A DNA stretch of 60,105 nucleotides, filler included. It is 7 parts of 7 records of this genome, joined end to end, with 100 filler letters (N's around TTAATTAATTAA, not from the genome) between each part and the next. Parts side by side here need not be neighbours in the genome. Positions count along the whole stretch, not along the records: positions 40,437 to 54,361 come from SRR31156797_14672; positions 54,462 to 60,105 come from SRR31156797_14712; 5 more parts are not named here. One strand, given 5' to 3'. The notes under the pieces were generated by a model that saw nothing but the letters and a program-made list of their open reading frames with translations, was not told the origin of the DNA and did no database searches. The position numbers and the translations under genes are program-made. Positions within the stretch are counted from its first letter, which is position 1; each line of letters begins with the position of its first letter. This document shows positions 46,379 to 56,095 of this stretch, one piece after another.

Positions 46379-48415
46379 CTACCCTCTCTTATCAATCCTT
46401 TCCATGGAATCATTGAAAGCGGCCGGATTGGTTTCCTTCATATATTTCCGGATGCCGCGAACAATCCCGTCACACAACTTTTCCTGGTACTCTTTTGTGG
46501 TCAACCGCTTGCATTCCCTCGGGTTGGAGATAAACGAAGTCTCCACGAGCAAGGCGGGCATCTGGGCCCCGAGCAGAACGTAAAAAGGTGCCTGTTTCAC
46601 CCCTTTGTTATTAATGTGCTTGAAATCCTTTTTCAAATACTGACACATCTCCGTTTGGACAATGGTAGCCAGACGGCTGGATTCATTGATTTTTGCGTTC
46701 TGCATCAAGTCATTCAAGATCGATTGCAAATCGCTGATATTTTTCGTGGAGGTGGCGTTCTCACGGGCCGCAACAAGAATGGCATCATCGTCGGTGGCTA
46801 AATTCAAATAATAGGTCTCGATACCGTAAGCGCGTTTATTTTTTACGGCATTGGTGTGAATGGAGATAAACAGGTCCGCATTTTTCGTATTTGCGATGGC
46901 TGTTCGCTCCTCCAGGGTTAGATAACGGTCCGTCGACCTAGTGAGGATTGCATCGCATTTTAGTTCCGTTTTTACCTTGCCAGCCAGTTTCTTTGCAATC
47001 TGAAGTACAATATCTTTTTCATGCACGCCTTTCAGATAACCGGGGGCACCATAATCCTTTCCGCCATGACCGGGGTCGATAACGATTCTGCTGACCCCCA
47101 AAGCCAACTGCCGGGCAATGGCGCTGGAGGAAAGTTTCTCGGAGGACGGTATCGTAACAAACGGGCCCGCTGAACCGGCAACCTGTTTACCCGTTTCTTT
47201 TCCCCACACATCAAGCACGATACGGAAGGGATTTTTCAGTGAGAAAATTTTGTAGTTTTTGAAGGATTTGATATCTACGACGATCCGCACCGTGTCCAAC
47301 GTATATTGGCCCGCCCGGGCATCGCTGAGAAGCTGATCATTAATGGGAATTTTTTTTTGAAATTTTTCGTCCAGCCGGCTATTCTTTAAATCGATGTACA
47401 ACCGCTGGGGTTTGTGAATGGAAGGGTCTTTTTTCAGCAACCGATGGCTGAAACGCGTCTCCCTGTCTGCGTCGATCACAATTCTCGTATAGCTGGGATT
47501 TGACCAGAAACGAAGGTCTGTTACTGCTACAAGACCACTTGAAATCGCAGCTTTCTTGTAAGAAGCCGTCTCCTGTCCAGCCTTGTTTACGGCAATGATT
47601 TCCGCAAGCGGATCTTTTGCTTGAGGCATCGAAACCGTCTTCGTTTTTTTGGAGGTTCTCTCTCCCAGTTTCGCACGTGCTTTTTTAGCTTCATCACTAT
47701 TTGGGAACTCACCTGTCACGCGGCGATAGTACAAAACAGCCGATTGTGCGTCATTTTTCCTCAACGACTTTTTGGAGAGTCCTTGATAAGCTACGGCCAT
47801 CATATACAAGGACTCAGGCGCATGGGGACCGGTTTTGTCAATCTTGTAGGCCAAACGGAACCGATTGATGCAGGCCTCCCATTGATCCCTGTATTTTTGT
47901 TTTTTTGGACTTTTCATCAACCGGTCATAGGAGGCTCGAGCCGCTGATAGTTTTTTTTCAGCTTCCCGGGTCTCTTTGGGGATGACCATTACACCCATTT
48001 TTGACAGCTCGGATTTGGCTTTTGGTGTATACCGGCTTTTTGGATACTGGCGGATAACGTCCCGAAAAAGGTCAATGGCTTTTTGTTTGTCCCTCCCCAA
48101 GTAGGATTTTTTGTTCAATTCCAGATAAAGCAGTCCGGCCCTGTATAGGCCGGCGGCAGCCCAGGGTCCGGAAGGATCGAGACGATACACATTTTTGTAT
48201 TTTTCGATACAATAGATCCATTTATCCCGATACTTTTGGTGACCCGGCTTTTCCCTCAACGCTGCGTATGCGTTCTCTGCCTCATAAAACTGCTGTTTGG
48301 CGGTTAAGGCAAATGCAGGATCGACCTTCATCACAAAAACCAGCAAAACAACAACCGACCATCGAAAAATTGTTCGTCGTCTATTTCTATTTTTTAAAAC
48401 GGGCATGGTCCTCAT
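46379..48415 (-). CDS. N-acetylmuramoyl-L-alanine amidase (two TPR-like units + AMIN + Amidase_3)
   Basis: N-terminal TM/signal segment, AMIN (YTRIVID, RLYIDL, FRIVLDV), IDPGHGG.D, EK, FISIHTN, APFYVL, LVETSFISN. Start uncertain (48406-48433). Confidence 0.9.
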   Translation of the reverse strand: MRTMPVLKNRNRRRTIFRWSVVVLLVFVMKVDPAFALTAKQQFYEAENAYAALREKPGHQKYRDKWIYCIEKYKNVYRLDPSGPWAAAGLYRAGLLYLELNKKSYLGRDKQKAIDLFRDVIRQYPKSRYTPKAKSELSKMGVMVIPKETREAEKKLSAARASYDRLMKSPKKQKYRDQWEACINRFRLAYKIDKTGPHAPESLYMMAVAYQGLSKKSLRKNDAQSAVLYYRRVTGEFPNSDEAKKARAKLGERTSKKTKTVSMPQAKDPLAEIIAVNKAGQETASYKKAAISSGLVAVTDLRFWSNPSYTRIVIDADRETRFSHRLLKKDPSIHKPQRLYIDLKNSRLDEKFQKKIPINDQLLSDARAGQYTLDTVRIVVDIKSFKNYKIFSLKNPFRIVLDVWGKETGKQVAGSAGPFVTIPSSEKLSSSAIARQLALGVSRIVIDPGHGGKDYGAPGYLKGVHEKDIVLQIAKKLAGKVKTELKCDAILTRSTDRYLTLEERTAIANTKNADLFISIHTNAVKNKRAYGIETYYLNLATDDDAILVAARENATSTKNISDLQSILNDLMQNAKINESSRLATIVQTEMCQYLKKDFKHINNKGVKQAPFYVLLGAQMPALLVETSFISNPRECKRLTTKEYQEKLCDGIVRGIRKYMKETNPAAFNDSMERIDKRG

Positions 48416-48422
48416 GGCGAAA

Positions 48423-51050
48423 TTAGTACTCAACGGTCTTTGCTTTGATTTGCAGGTCGTTTAACGCATTCAGCGCATCAATCGGCGTCATCCGGCTCAA
48501 ATCCATCATTTGAAGCGCCTCTACCAGCTTTTTTTCCATGGGGCTGAACAGAGCTAACTGGACATGGCCGACCTGTTCCTGTTCCCCCTCATGTTCCCCT
48601 TTGTTTTCAATAACTTTGGGTTGATGTCCAGACTCGATTTCAGCAAGGATTGTTTTTGAACGCCGAATTACCGATTCCGGAATCCCCGCTAGTCTGGCAA
48701 CCTGAATCCCATAACTTCGGTTGGTTCCCCCTTTGATCAATTTTCTTAAAAAAATGATCTCGTCATTCCACTCTTTAACGGCAATATTGTAATTTTTCAC
48801 TCGATCCAACTGGTTTTCTAACTCGGTCAACTCATGATAGTGGGTAGCAAAAAGCGTTCTCGTTCCCGCGCCGTTCAGCTCATGAAGGTGCTCAGCAACG
48901 GCCCAGGCAATGCTCAAACCGTCGTATGTTGAAGTTCCCCGACCGATTTCATCCAGTATCACCAGGCTGTTGGAAGTAGCGTTGTTTACAATGTTTGCCG
49001 TTTCCTGCATTTCAACCATAAAGGTACTCTGTCCAGCAGACAAATTGTCCAGCGCCCCTACCCGTGTAAAAATTCTATCCGTAATGGAAATTCCAGCCCT
49101 TTGAGCCGGCACGAACGAACCCATTTGAGCCATCACGGTAATCAGTGCAACCTGGCGAAGAACGGTCGACTTTCCAGCCATGTTGGGCCCGGTAATGATT
49201 AAGACCTGATCGTTTTGGTTATCCAAAAAAATGGAATTGGGTACAAATCGTTCACCCGTCAGTAGTTTTTCAACGACCGGGTGTCGGCCTTCGGTAATCT
49301 CCAAATGGCCTTCCGTGTTTAGTTCCGGGCGACAATAATCATTGTTGTGGGCGATCTCGGCAAAGGTGCTCAGACAATCGATCCCTGCAATAAAGCGAGC
49401 CGTATCCTGGATCTCTTGATGGTGTTCTTTGACGCGATCGCGAATATCGAGAAAAATCTCCAATTCCAGTTTTGCACGTTGGTCTTCTGCATTGAGCACC
49501 CGGGATTCAAAGGTTTTCAGTTCGTCGGTAATGTATCGTTCCGCATTGACCAGTGTCTGTTTGCGAACATAGTGATCGGGAACGCGTTCGGCCTGTGCGC
49601 GGGGAACTTCAATAAAATATCCGAACACTTTATTGAATCGAACCTTCAACGTGCTGATACCTGTGGCTTCTTTTTGTTTGGCCTCCAGTTCTGCCAACCA
49701 CCCTTTTCCGTCACGGCTGAGTCGAATCAACTCATCGAGTTCCTCATGGAACCCGGAACAGATCATGCCCCCGTCATTGATGGTCAGTGATGCGTCTTCA
49801 CGAATGGCACTTTCGATCAATTCGGCAAGCTCTTGCAGTTTGCCGGTATCTTGCTTCAATTCGTAGGCAGCCGATTGAAAATCTTTCAATGTGGAAAAAA
49901 TTCCGGTAAGTGCCTGGATGGACTGCTTCAGTGCTGTGAGATCTCGGGCATTACCATGGCCCATTGCAAGCTTGCTGCCCAACCGTTCCAAGTCTCTCAC
50001 AGGTTTCAGACATTCCCGAAGGTCCCTTCGCAACTGCATTTTTTCAACAGCTTCGGCAACCGCATCCAACCGTTTTTCAATGCGATCAGGATCGATCAAC
50101 GGATAGCGCAGCCAGTGCGCCAGGAGCCGCCCCCCCATGGCGGTTACGGTCGAATCAAGGATTCCCAGCAAGGTCCCCTTTCGACTTCCGCTGCGGATAT
50201 TTCTCGACAGTTCCAAATTGCGACAGCTCTGATCGTCAACCACCAGAAAATTTCCAATAAAATATGGGCGGACGGCATTGAGGTGTTCAAGTTTTTGGCA
50301 CTGCGTTTCACTCACGTATGCGATCAATGCGCCTGCAGCCCCGACGCCGGCTTTCATGGCTTCGCACCCGAACCCTTCAAGGGAAACCGTATCGAATTGA
50401 TCAAGCATCTGCTTTCGACCAACGGTATACTCAAACCAGCGGTCCACCTGAGAAGTAACGGCGAAATCCGGGAATTCTCTGAAAAAAGAAGCGAACGACT
50501 CCTCTTCCAGTAACGATTCGGAAATCACGATCTCCTTCGGAGCCACTCTCAGAATTTCGTCAAGGACACTTCTTTCCTCCGCTGTCTCCGTAAGTCGAAA
50601 GCTTCCCGTTGAAATATCCAATACGGCCAGACCAATCCTTTTGCGGTTTCGTGAAAGGGCCAGGATAAAATTATTGGCTTTCTCGTCCAGCAGCTCATCT
50701 TCAACAATCATTCCAGGGGTAACGATACGAACAACTTCCCGTTTTACAAGCCCTTTCGAGGCCTTTGGGTCTTCGATTTGATCACAAATGGCGACCTTGT
50801 ACCCTTTTTCGATCAATCGGGATATATACCCCTGGGCTGCACGGTAGGGAACCCCGCACATTGGAATCGGGTCATTGTCATTTTTGTTTCTGGAAGTCAG
50901 TGCGATTTCGAGAACTCCGGACGCAGTCCGGGCGTCTTCGAAAAACATTTCGTAGAAATCGCCCATGCGATAAAAGAGGAGTACATCGGGATACCTTTCC
51001 TTGATGGAAAGGTATTGCTGCATCATTGGGGTTGATTTAACTGGGGCCAT
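48423..51050 (-). CDS. mutS: DNA mismatch repair protein MutS
   Basis: TPMMQQY, FYRMGDFYEMF, TGPNMAGKST, DEIGRGTST, FATHYHEL, SYGIQVA.LAG. Confidence 0.98.
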   Translation of the reverse strand: MAPVKSTPMMQQYLSIKERYPDVLLFYRMGDFYEMFFEDARTASGVLEIALTSRNKNDNDPIPMCGVPYRAAQGYISRLIEKGYKVAICDQIEDPKASKGLVKREVVRIVTPGMIVEDELLDEKANNFILALSRNRKRIGLAVLDISTGSFRLTETAEERSVLDEILRVAPKEIVISESLLEEESFASFFREFPDFAVTSQVDRWFEYTVGRKQMLDQFDTVSLEGFGCEAMKAGVGAAGALIAYVSETQCQKLEHLNAVRPYFIGNFLVVDDQSCRNLELSRNIRSGSRKGTLLGILDSTVTAMGGRLLAHWLRYPLIDPDRIEKRLDAVAEAVEKMQLRRDLRECLKPVRDLERLGSKLAMGHGNARDLTALKQSIQALTGIFSTLKDFQSAAYELKQDTGKLQELAELIESAIREDASLTINDGGMICSGFHEELDELIRLSRDGKGWLAELEAKQKEATGISTLKVRFNKVFGYFIEVPRAQAERVPDHYVRKQTLVNAERYITDELKTFESRVLNAEDQRAKLELEIFLDIRDRVKEHHQEIQDTARFIAGIDCLSTFAEIAHNNDYCRPELNTEGHLEITEGRHPVVEKLLTGERFVPNSIFLDNQNDQVLIITGPNMAGKSTVLRQVALITVMAQMGSFVPAQRAGISITDRIFTRVGALDNLSAGQSTFMVEMQETANIVNNATSNSLVILDEIGRGTSTYDGLSIAWAVAEHLHELNGAGTRTLFATHYHELTELENQLDRVKNYNIAVKEWNDEIIFLRKLIKGGTNRSYGIQVARLAGIPESVIRRSKTILAEIESGHQPKVIENKGEHEGEQEQVGHVQLALFSPMEKKLVEALQMMDLSRMTPIDALNALNDLQIKAKTVEY

Positions 51051-51176
51051 TCACTCGGCAATAGTAATATCAGATTTGGATAGTGCAACGGCGGGTAACT
51101 GTGATGCCACCCGTATGGGAAGGTAGTTAACGGAAGTATCGGTCCTTTATCTTCCTGGCCGAAGGCACGATCCGAT

Positions 51177-51569
51177 TTATTTATTTTCCGGGACCGCTTC
51201 AGCCGGTTCTTCTTTGACGGGTTCGATCGAAACAGTGCCTGCGGCCTCGGTGGTCACGGTTTTTTGGGAAAGCTGTTTTTCCAAAGTAGAAACGGCTTCC
51301 ACGAGGCTGGCCTCTTTTGATTTCAACATTTTTATCGTTTTGGAGTCCTTGTAATGCCTGAAAAGACTAAAAAAATAAGTAATCAAAATGCCAAACATAA
51401 AAAAAGCGACAAAGAGGTACCAATTGGGCCAATCTTTTGTAACGTCAACCACATAAGGAATATGAAGCACGAACCCAGTCGTCGTATTAAAAAAGGACCA
51501 ATTTTGGGCGCCTACCAGTACGGCAAAGATAAGGAAGATAATCCACAAGGCAATTTTTACCTTTTTCAT
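51177..51569 (-). CDS. LapA (DUF1049)-like membrane protein
   Basis: TM-QN-loop-TM followed by a coiled coil. GGAGG RBS. Confidence 0.65.
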   Translation of the reverse strand: MKKVKIALWIIFLIFAVLVGAQNWSFFNTTTGFVLHIPYVVDVTKDWPNWYLFVAFFMFGILITYFFSLFRHYKDSKTIKMLKSKEASLVEAVSTLEKQLSQKTVTTEAAGTVSIEPVKEEPAEAVPENK

Positions 51570-51703
51570 CGCGTATAATTCCTCCGCCTGCTTTCAATAG
51601 GGAATGGATAGCATGGGAACCATGGATCGGCTCGTCGAACCGTTGAGAAGGATCATGAAACCCTTTAATTATCAAGCATCTTTATCCTTTTCCACCTTAA
51701 AAC

Positions 51704-52492
51704 TCAACCTTTTTTTCCTTTGAACGGAACCAGTTCGACCTCCCCCCACGCCCCCAGTTTTTTGCCTGCGACAATCACGATTCCTTTGACCCCTTCGATT
51801 CGGGTTCCAAAGTCGATGGTGGGTTGAACGTCATTCGGAGTCTTGATTCTGTTGCCGAGGGTAGTGGCTACGGCATCCGCTGTAGAACAAGACGAAGAAA
51901 GGACGCAAACGGCATCTGCGCCCCCTGTTGACAGGGAGTGACCGACCGTTGCCGACGATGTACAAATGCCAAGACCCTTTTGCGATCCGTTTACACGGAT
52001 GCCGACGTTGAGGCTTAAGGGAGAAGGTCCGGCAAATAGACCGACCACAACGGGGTTTTCCGTTCGCAGAAAGATGTCCCCACCGTTTTCCACGATCACC
52101 TGATGACAATGCTTGAGCAGCCCTTTTCCGACACTTTCGGCGACAGCACCGGCAACAGCCGCCATGGGTCCGACGCCGGCCAGTCGCCCCGCTTGGATCA
52201 TGGAGCGTACAATGGCAGGGGCGATCTCTCCCTCAGGCCAGGGGGTTAAAGTGGTCTCAAATTCCGGATACCGATGGATGAATCCTTCGATGTAGGCCCT
52301 TGCCTCCACAACCAATTCATGGGAAAGTCGATCCAGTTTGTGATCCGCCTGGATCAGGAGGTCCGTCTCTTGACAGACCACCTGAAACCGATGAAACCCC
52401 TTGTGCCCGGACAATTTCCTGTAGGAGCGGACACGATAGTCCTCCGGCAAAACAGGTTGTCCACCTCTGTTTTTTGATGCGACTTTTTTCAT
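51704..52492 (-). CDS. UPF0280 family protein (ApbE superfamily)
   Basis: ETDL, AGVGPMAAVAGA, ENGGD, GICTSS.TVGHSLS.G.AD, ADA.AT..GN. Confidence 0.9.
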   Translation of the reverse strand: MKKVASKNRGGQPVLPEDYRVRSYRKLSGHKGFHRFQVVCQETDLLIQADHKLDRLSHELVVEARAYIEGFIHRYPEFETTLTPWPEGEIAPAIVRSMIQAGRLAGVGPMAAVAGAVAESVGKGLLKHCHQVIVENGGDIFLRTENPVVVGLFAGPSPLSLNVGIRVNGSQKGLGICTSSATVGHSLSTGGADAVCVLSSSCSTADAVATTLGNRIKTPNDVQPTIDFGTRIEGVKGIVIVAGKKLGAWGEVELVPFKGKKG

Positions 52493-52493
52493 T

Positions 52494-53672
52494 TTACGTT
52501 TGCATAGATGGACGAAGATGTTTGGGAAACCGGCTCAAAAAAAAGCGGTCGGTCATCCCGGCAATATAATCCCTTACAATTTCCGGCGGGCTGTGCGCTG
52601 AAAGGTAGACATCCGACATATCCGCAAGAAAACTGGAAAAGATGTCCGAAGAACGATCGTTTGTTTCCAACGCTTCCAGTTTCGTCTCAAACATCATGGA
52701 AAACAGTTTTTTGATGGCTGCAGATTGTGCCTTGATTTTTGGATTCAGATAGATCCGTTCCAAGTTAAAGCGCTTTAACGCTTTCAAGGCATCGGAAATC
52801 CGGGGGCTAAATGCAACGAAACGACTATTTGCGCTGTTTTCAATAATGTCCGTAACCAGACGATAGACGATACGACCGTTGGTATTTCCAAGGATATTCA
52901 CGGTGGACCGTGGAATGTCGCAACGCCTTAAAAGACCCAATCGAATGGCATCTTCCAAATCCCTGCCGATGTAGGCGATGGTATCAGCCATTCGCACGAC
53001 ACACCCTTCCGTTGTCATGGGGATCAAAGAAGTAGACGGGTCGGCTATCTTCTCTTTTATCTCCTGTTCAAATGTTGCAAAGTTCTTGCTCTTTTTGGGA
53101 GCCAGCCGCTGGTTGTGAATCTCACCATCATGGCACAAGATTCCATCCAACGTCTGCAGGCACAAATTCCATCCATTTCCTTTTCGTTCCACCCGATCCA
53201 GAAACTGGATACTTTGTACATTGTGTAAGAAATTCCCAATACCAGCTTTTTGGCATAAATCGGAAAGATATGTTTCACCTTCATGCCCAAAGGGTGTGTG
53301 TCCAATATCGTGCCCCAAAGCCACAGCTTCGATCAGATCTTCGTTGAGTCGTAAAAATCGTCCAATGGTTCTCGCAATTTTTGAAACGAGTTGCACGTGA
53401 AGTACACGATGGGTGATATGATCATTTTCGATCAGATAAAAAACCTGTGTTTTATCGATGTACCGTGCATAGGCCATGCTGTGAAGAATTCGGTCCGCAT
53501 CCAGCGAAAATGCCTGCCGATAGCCGGCAGCCGTGTCATGCACAGGATGGCGTCGTATGCCTGAATCGCTAAGCGTTGCGGAAAAAGATAAATTTGTTTT
53601 TTCCCGTTCGTTCAACCTTTTTCTTAGCGACTCCAAGACCTTCACAGGGTGAGAGGACTCAGATCCGTCCAT
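52494..53672 (-). CDS. HD-domain dGTPase-like deoxynucleoside triphosphohydrolase
   Basis: D.DRILHS.AY.R...KTQV, HR..H..V, LGHDIGHTPFGH.GE, EG.VV..AD.IAY, DYIAGMTD. Confidence 0.88.
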   Translation of the reverse strand: MDGSESSHPVKVLESLRKRLNEREKTNLSFSATLSDSGIRRHPVHDTAAGYRQAFSLDADRILHSMAYARYIDKTQVFYLIENDHITHRVLHVQLVSKIARTIGRFLRLNEDLIEAVALGHDIGHTPFGHEGETYLSDLCQKAGIGNFLHNVQSIQFLDRVERKGNGWNLCLQTLDGILCHDGEIHNQRLAPKKSKNFATFEQEIKEKIADPSTSLIPMTTEGCVVRMADTIAYIGRDLEDAIRLGLLRRCDIPRSTVNILGNTNGRIVYRLVTDIIENSANSRFVAFSPRISDALKALKRFNLERIYLNPKIKAQSAAIKKLFSMMFETKLEALETNDRSSDIFSSFLADMSDVYLSAHSPPEIVRDYIAGMTDRFFLSRFPKHLRPSMQT

Positions 53673-54361
53673 CGTCTATCATCTTTTCCATGATTTGATC
53701 ATAATCCATGCCAGCTTCCCTAAACCCCTCTTTTCCATATTTCATATTCGCCTCCAATATATAATAGTCTCCGTTTTGGCTGCAAATATCGATTCCGACA
53801 TCATCCCAACGGCAAACCTGCGCTGCTTTTCTTGCAAGGCGAAGCGCACCATCCGGTACAGGCTCTAAACTGATTTTTCCACCAACGGCTACATTGGTTC
53901 TGAACTCGCCCCGTGCGGCGATCCTCCAATAGGCATGAACGATTTCACGGCCGACGACCACAATCCTGATGTCCCTGTCGATGGGAATGTATTGCTGGAT
54001 ATAGGCCACATGATGTTGACAGGCATAGCTATTCAGGTCTTCGTCGTTTCTAATTAGGAAAACCCCCCTGCCCATGGCAGACCCGCGGGCCTCTTTGGCA
54101 ATGAAGGGAAAGGCAAAATAGTCTTTTATCTTGTCTTTTTGCCGCTTTCCGTAAAAGACACGGGTGGTTGGGTGAGGCAGGCCGGCGAGTTGCAACAAGG
54201 CGCTCTGTTTGATTTTGTCCTGGACAAACTTGTACGTATGATACCCTGGGAATGTTGTCTTTCCCAGGGTATCGAAAAGCGCTGCGTAAAACGCCGTTGG
54301 GTAGTAGATTGTTTTCGCCGTCTTGATCTTTTTTTTTTCTTCGGCGCTGTAATCCGAAAAA
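53659..54361 (-). CDS. RimK-like ATP-grasp ligase, 5' truncated
   Basis: Frame is open to the spacer (FSDYSAEEKKK...QDKIKQSALLQL). GSAMGRGV, YIQQY, DIRIVVVG, FRTNVAVGG, GID, LEAN. Confidence 0.88.
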
Positions 54362-54461
54362 NNNNNNNNNNNNNNNNNNNNNNNNNNNNNNNNNNNNNNN
54401 NNNNNTTAATTAATTAANNNNNNNNNNNNNNNNNNNNNNNNNNNNNNNNNNNNNNNNNNNN
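54362..54461. other. Artificial contig spacer
   Basis: N44-TTAATTAATTAA-N44. Confidence 0.98.
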
Positions 54462-54652
54462 ACGGGATTTTCCCTGAGATCACCGACGGTCATATCGCTG
54501 AGAATGGTTTGGGCGGCAACTCTTTCCAGTTTATCCCCGGCGGCGATTCCGGCCATTGTATCACCGGACTTCTCGCCGGAGGCCTTTGCCAGGACCTCTT
54601 TCACGGATTTGAAAGAGTAGCTTTTATCAAAGAGCCGGGTACTAAGTGTCAT
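54462..54652 (-). CDS. eutB: Ethanolamine ammonia-lyase heavy chain, N-terminal fragment
   Basis: L.T.LF...Y.FKSVKEVLAKA..EKSGD..AGIAA....ERVAA...LS.....L.ENP is the EutB N-terminus. Overlaps the eutA stop. Confidence 0.92.
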
Positions 54653-56093
54653 AACGGCTTTCTCCTTCGAAGATCAGGGTTTTAATAATAACCGGGAGAA
54701 CGGATCCTGCGGCAACAGGATTTCCTATATCGATATAATCTCCCCGGCGGAATTCAATACTGTCCATGCAGATGACCGGGAGCTGCGCATGAACCCTTCT
54801 GTAAAGGGCTTGTCCCAGAGCCTTGGCCATATCCTCTTTTAGAAGGAGGAGCATCGGTGAGCTCTCCATTCCTTCCCAGATCCGGCTGAGTGTTTCGGCC
54901 AGGGCTTCAATCTCGGAAAACCGGGGATTTTTCTTTCCATTCCCGCCCAGGGCAAAGCTTCCTGGATTTTGCTTACTGAAAACAGAGATTTTCTCTTCCA
55001 GTGTTTTTTCCGGAAAAACCCCCTCCTCGGTATAAAAGGAGACAGGGAGGATGGGAATGTTCTTTATGGGAAAGGTAGCATTTCTGTAGCTGATTGTGCT
55101 TCCCGAGAGAGCCATGCTGTAACTTCCGGCCCCGATAACTGTAGCGTTAAGGGTTTCCGATTTCGAGACCGTTTTTATTCTGCTGCCCAGTTTTGATAGC
55201 CTCAGGGCCTTCCCCAACAGCACACCAATATCGCCGTAAAGAAAATGATCATCGGGGGGAGAGTGAAAACAATCGGCAACACCGCCGGAGAGGGTTATGA
55301 TCTCCGGGGGATCGGCCGGGTTCAGGAGTTTGTTGGTTTTTATTATTTCGAGAAAGGGATCGTCCTCTCCCACGAAGACAGAAGCTTCCAGAATCCGGGT
55401 CAGGCGGGTTACGAATCGCTGCAATGCCTTGCGGGTAGTCTGCTTTTTCAGGGAATCTCCGGTAGCGAGGGAGATTTTTTCTATTTGCCCAAGACGTCTG
55501 ATCTTCGGGGAGATTCCGGAGACTTTCCCTTCATAAATCTGAATGGCCCTGCCGCCGATATCCAGACAGGCGGTATCGAGAACCCTTCCGTTTTTGAACA
55601 GGCAGATATTGGAGGTACCGCCGCCGATATCGATGTTCGCCACGGTCTTGCCGGTAGTTCGGGAAAGCTCCTCCGCTCCGGATCCTTTTCCCGCCAGAAT
55701 CGATTCCAGATCCGGGCCGGCTGAGGCCACTACACACTCCCCGGCCCAACGGGAGAGAGCGTCGGTGAGGGCTTCGGCGTTTCGCTTTTTGACACTCTCT
55801 CCGGTAATAATAACAGCTCCAGTGTCTACTTCTCCGGGAGAAAAACCGGCCAGGGAATACTCCCTGCTGATAATTTCCCTGATACCCTTTTCATCGATAA
55901 TCTCATCATCAATAAGGGGAGTCAAATAGATGGGACTGCGGTAAACAACCTCTTTATCCGTAATCTCGAAACGGGGGGCTTTTCCAAACCTGCTGCTGTT
56001 CTGCAGCCTGAGCCGGCTGAATATCAGTTGTGTTGTTGTGGTTCCAATATCGATTCCCGTGCTCAGAATCGTTTCTCCCTTCCGGCCGTCCAT
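54642..56093 (-). CDS. eutA: Ethanolamine ammonia-lyase reactivating factor
   Basis: LS.GIDIGTTTTQLIFS, GAVIITGE..K..NA, AGPDLES..AGKG.GA, NIDIGGGTSN, ET..ATVIGAG, GDYIDIG.P, PVIIKTL. Confidence 0.95.
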   Translation of the reverse strand: MDGRKGETILSTGIDIGTTTTQLIFSRLRLQNSSRFGKAPRFEITDKEVVYRSPIYLTPLIDDEIIDEKGIREIISREYSLAGFSPGEVDTGAVIITGESVKKRNAEALTDALSRWAGECVVASAGPDLESILAGKGSGAEELSRTTGKTVANIDIGGGTSNICLFKNGRVLDTACLDIGGRAIQIYEGKVSGISPKIRRLGQIEKISLATGDSLKKQTTRKALQRFVTRLTRILEASVFVGEDDPFLEIIKTNKLLNPADPPEIITLSGGVADCFHSPPDDHFLYGDIGVLLGKALRLSKLGSRIKTVSKSETLNATVIGAGSYSMALSGSTISYRNATFPIKNIPILPVSFYTEEGVFPEKTLEEKISVFSKQNPGSFALGGNGKKNPRFSEIEALAETLSRIWEGMESSPMLLLLKEDMAKALGQALYRRVHAQLPVICMDSIEFRRGDYIDIGNPVAAGSVLPVIIKTLIFEGESRYDT

Positions 56094-56095
56094 CG

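Noticed and set aside
49833..50513. Long antisense or alternate-frame ORFs over mutS, the PilB ATPase, paaK, eutA and the methyltransferase (e.g. 49833..50513, 41717..42235, 55245..55724, 59385..59909)
   Set aside because: They are shadows of well-conserved genes on the other strand, with no recognisable motifs.
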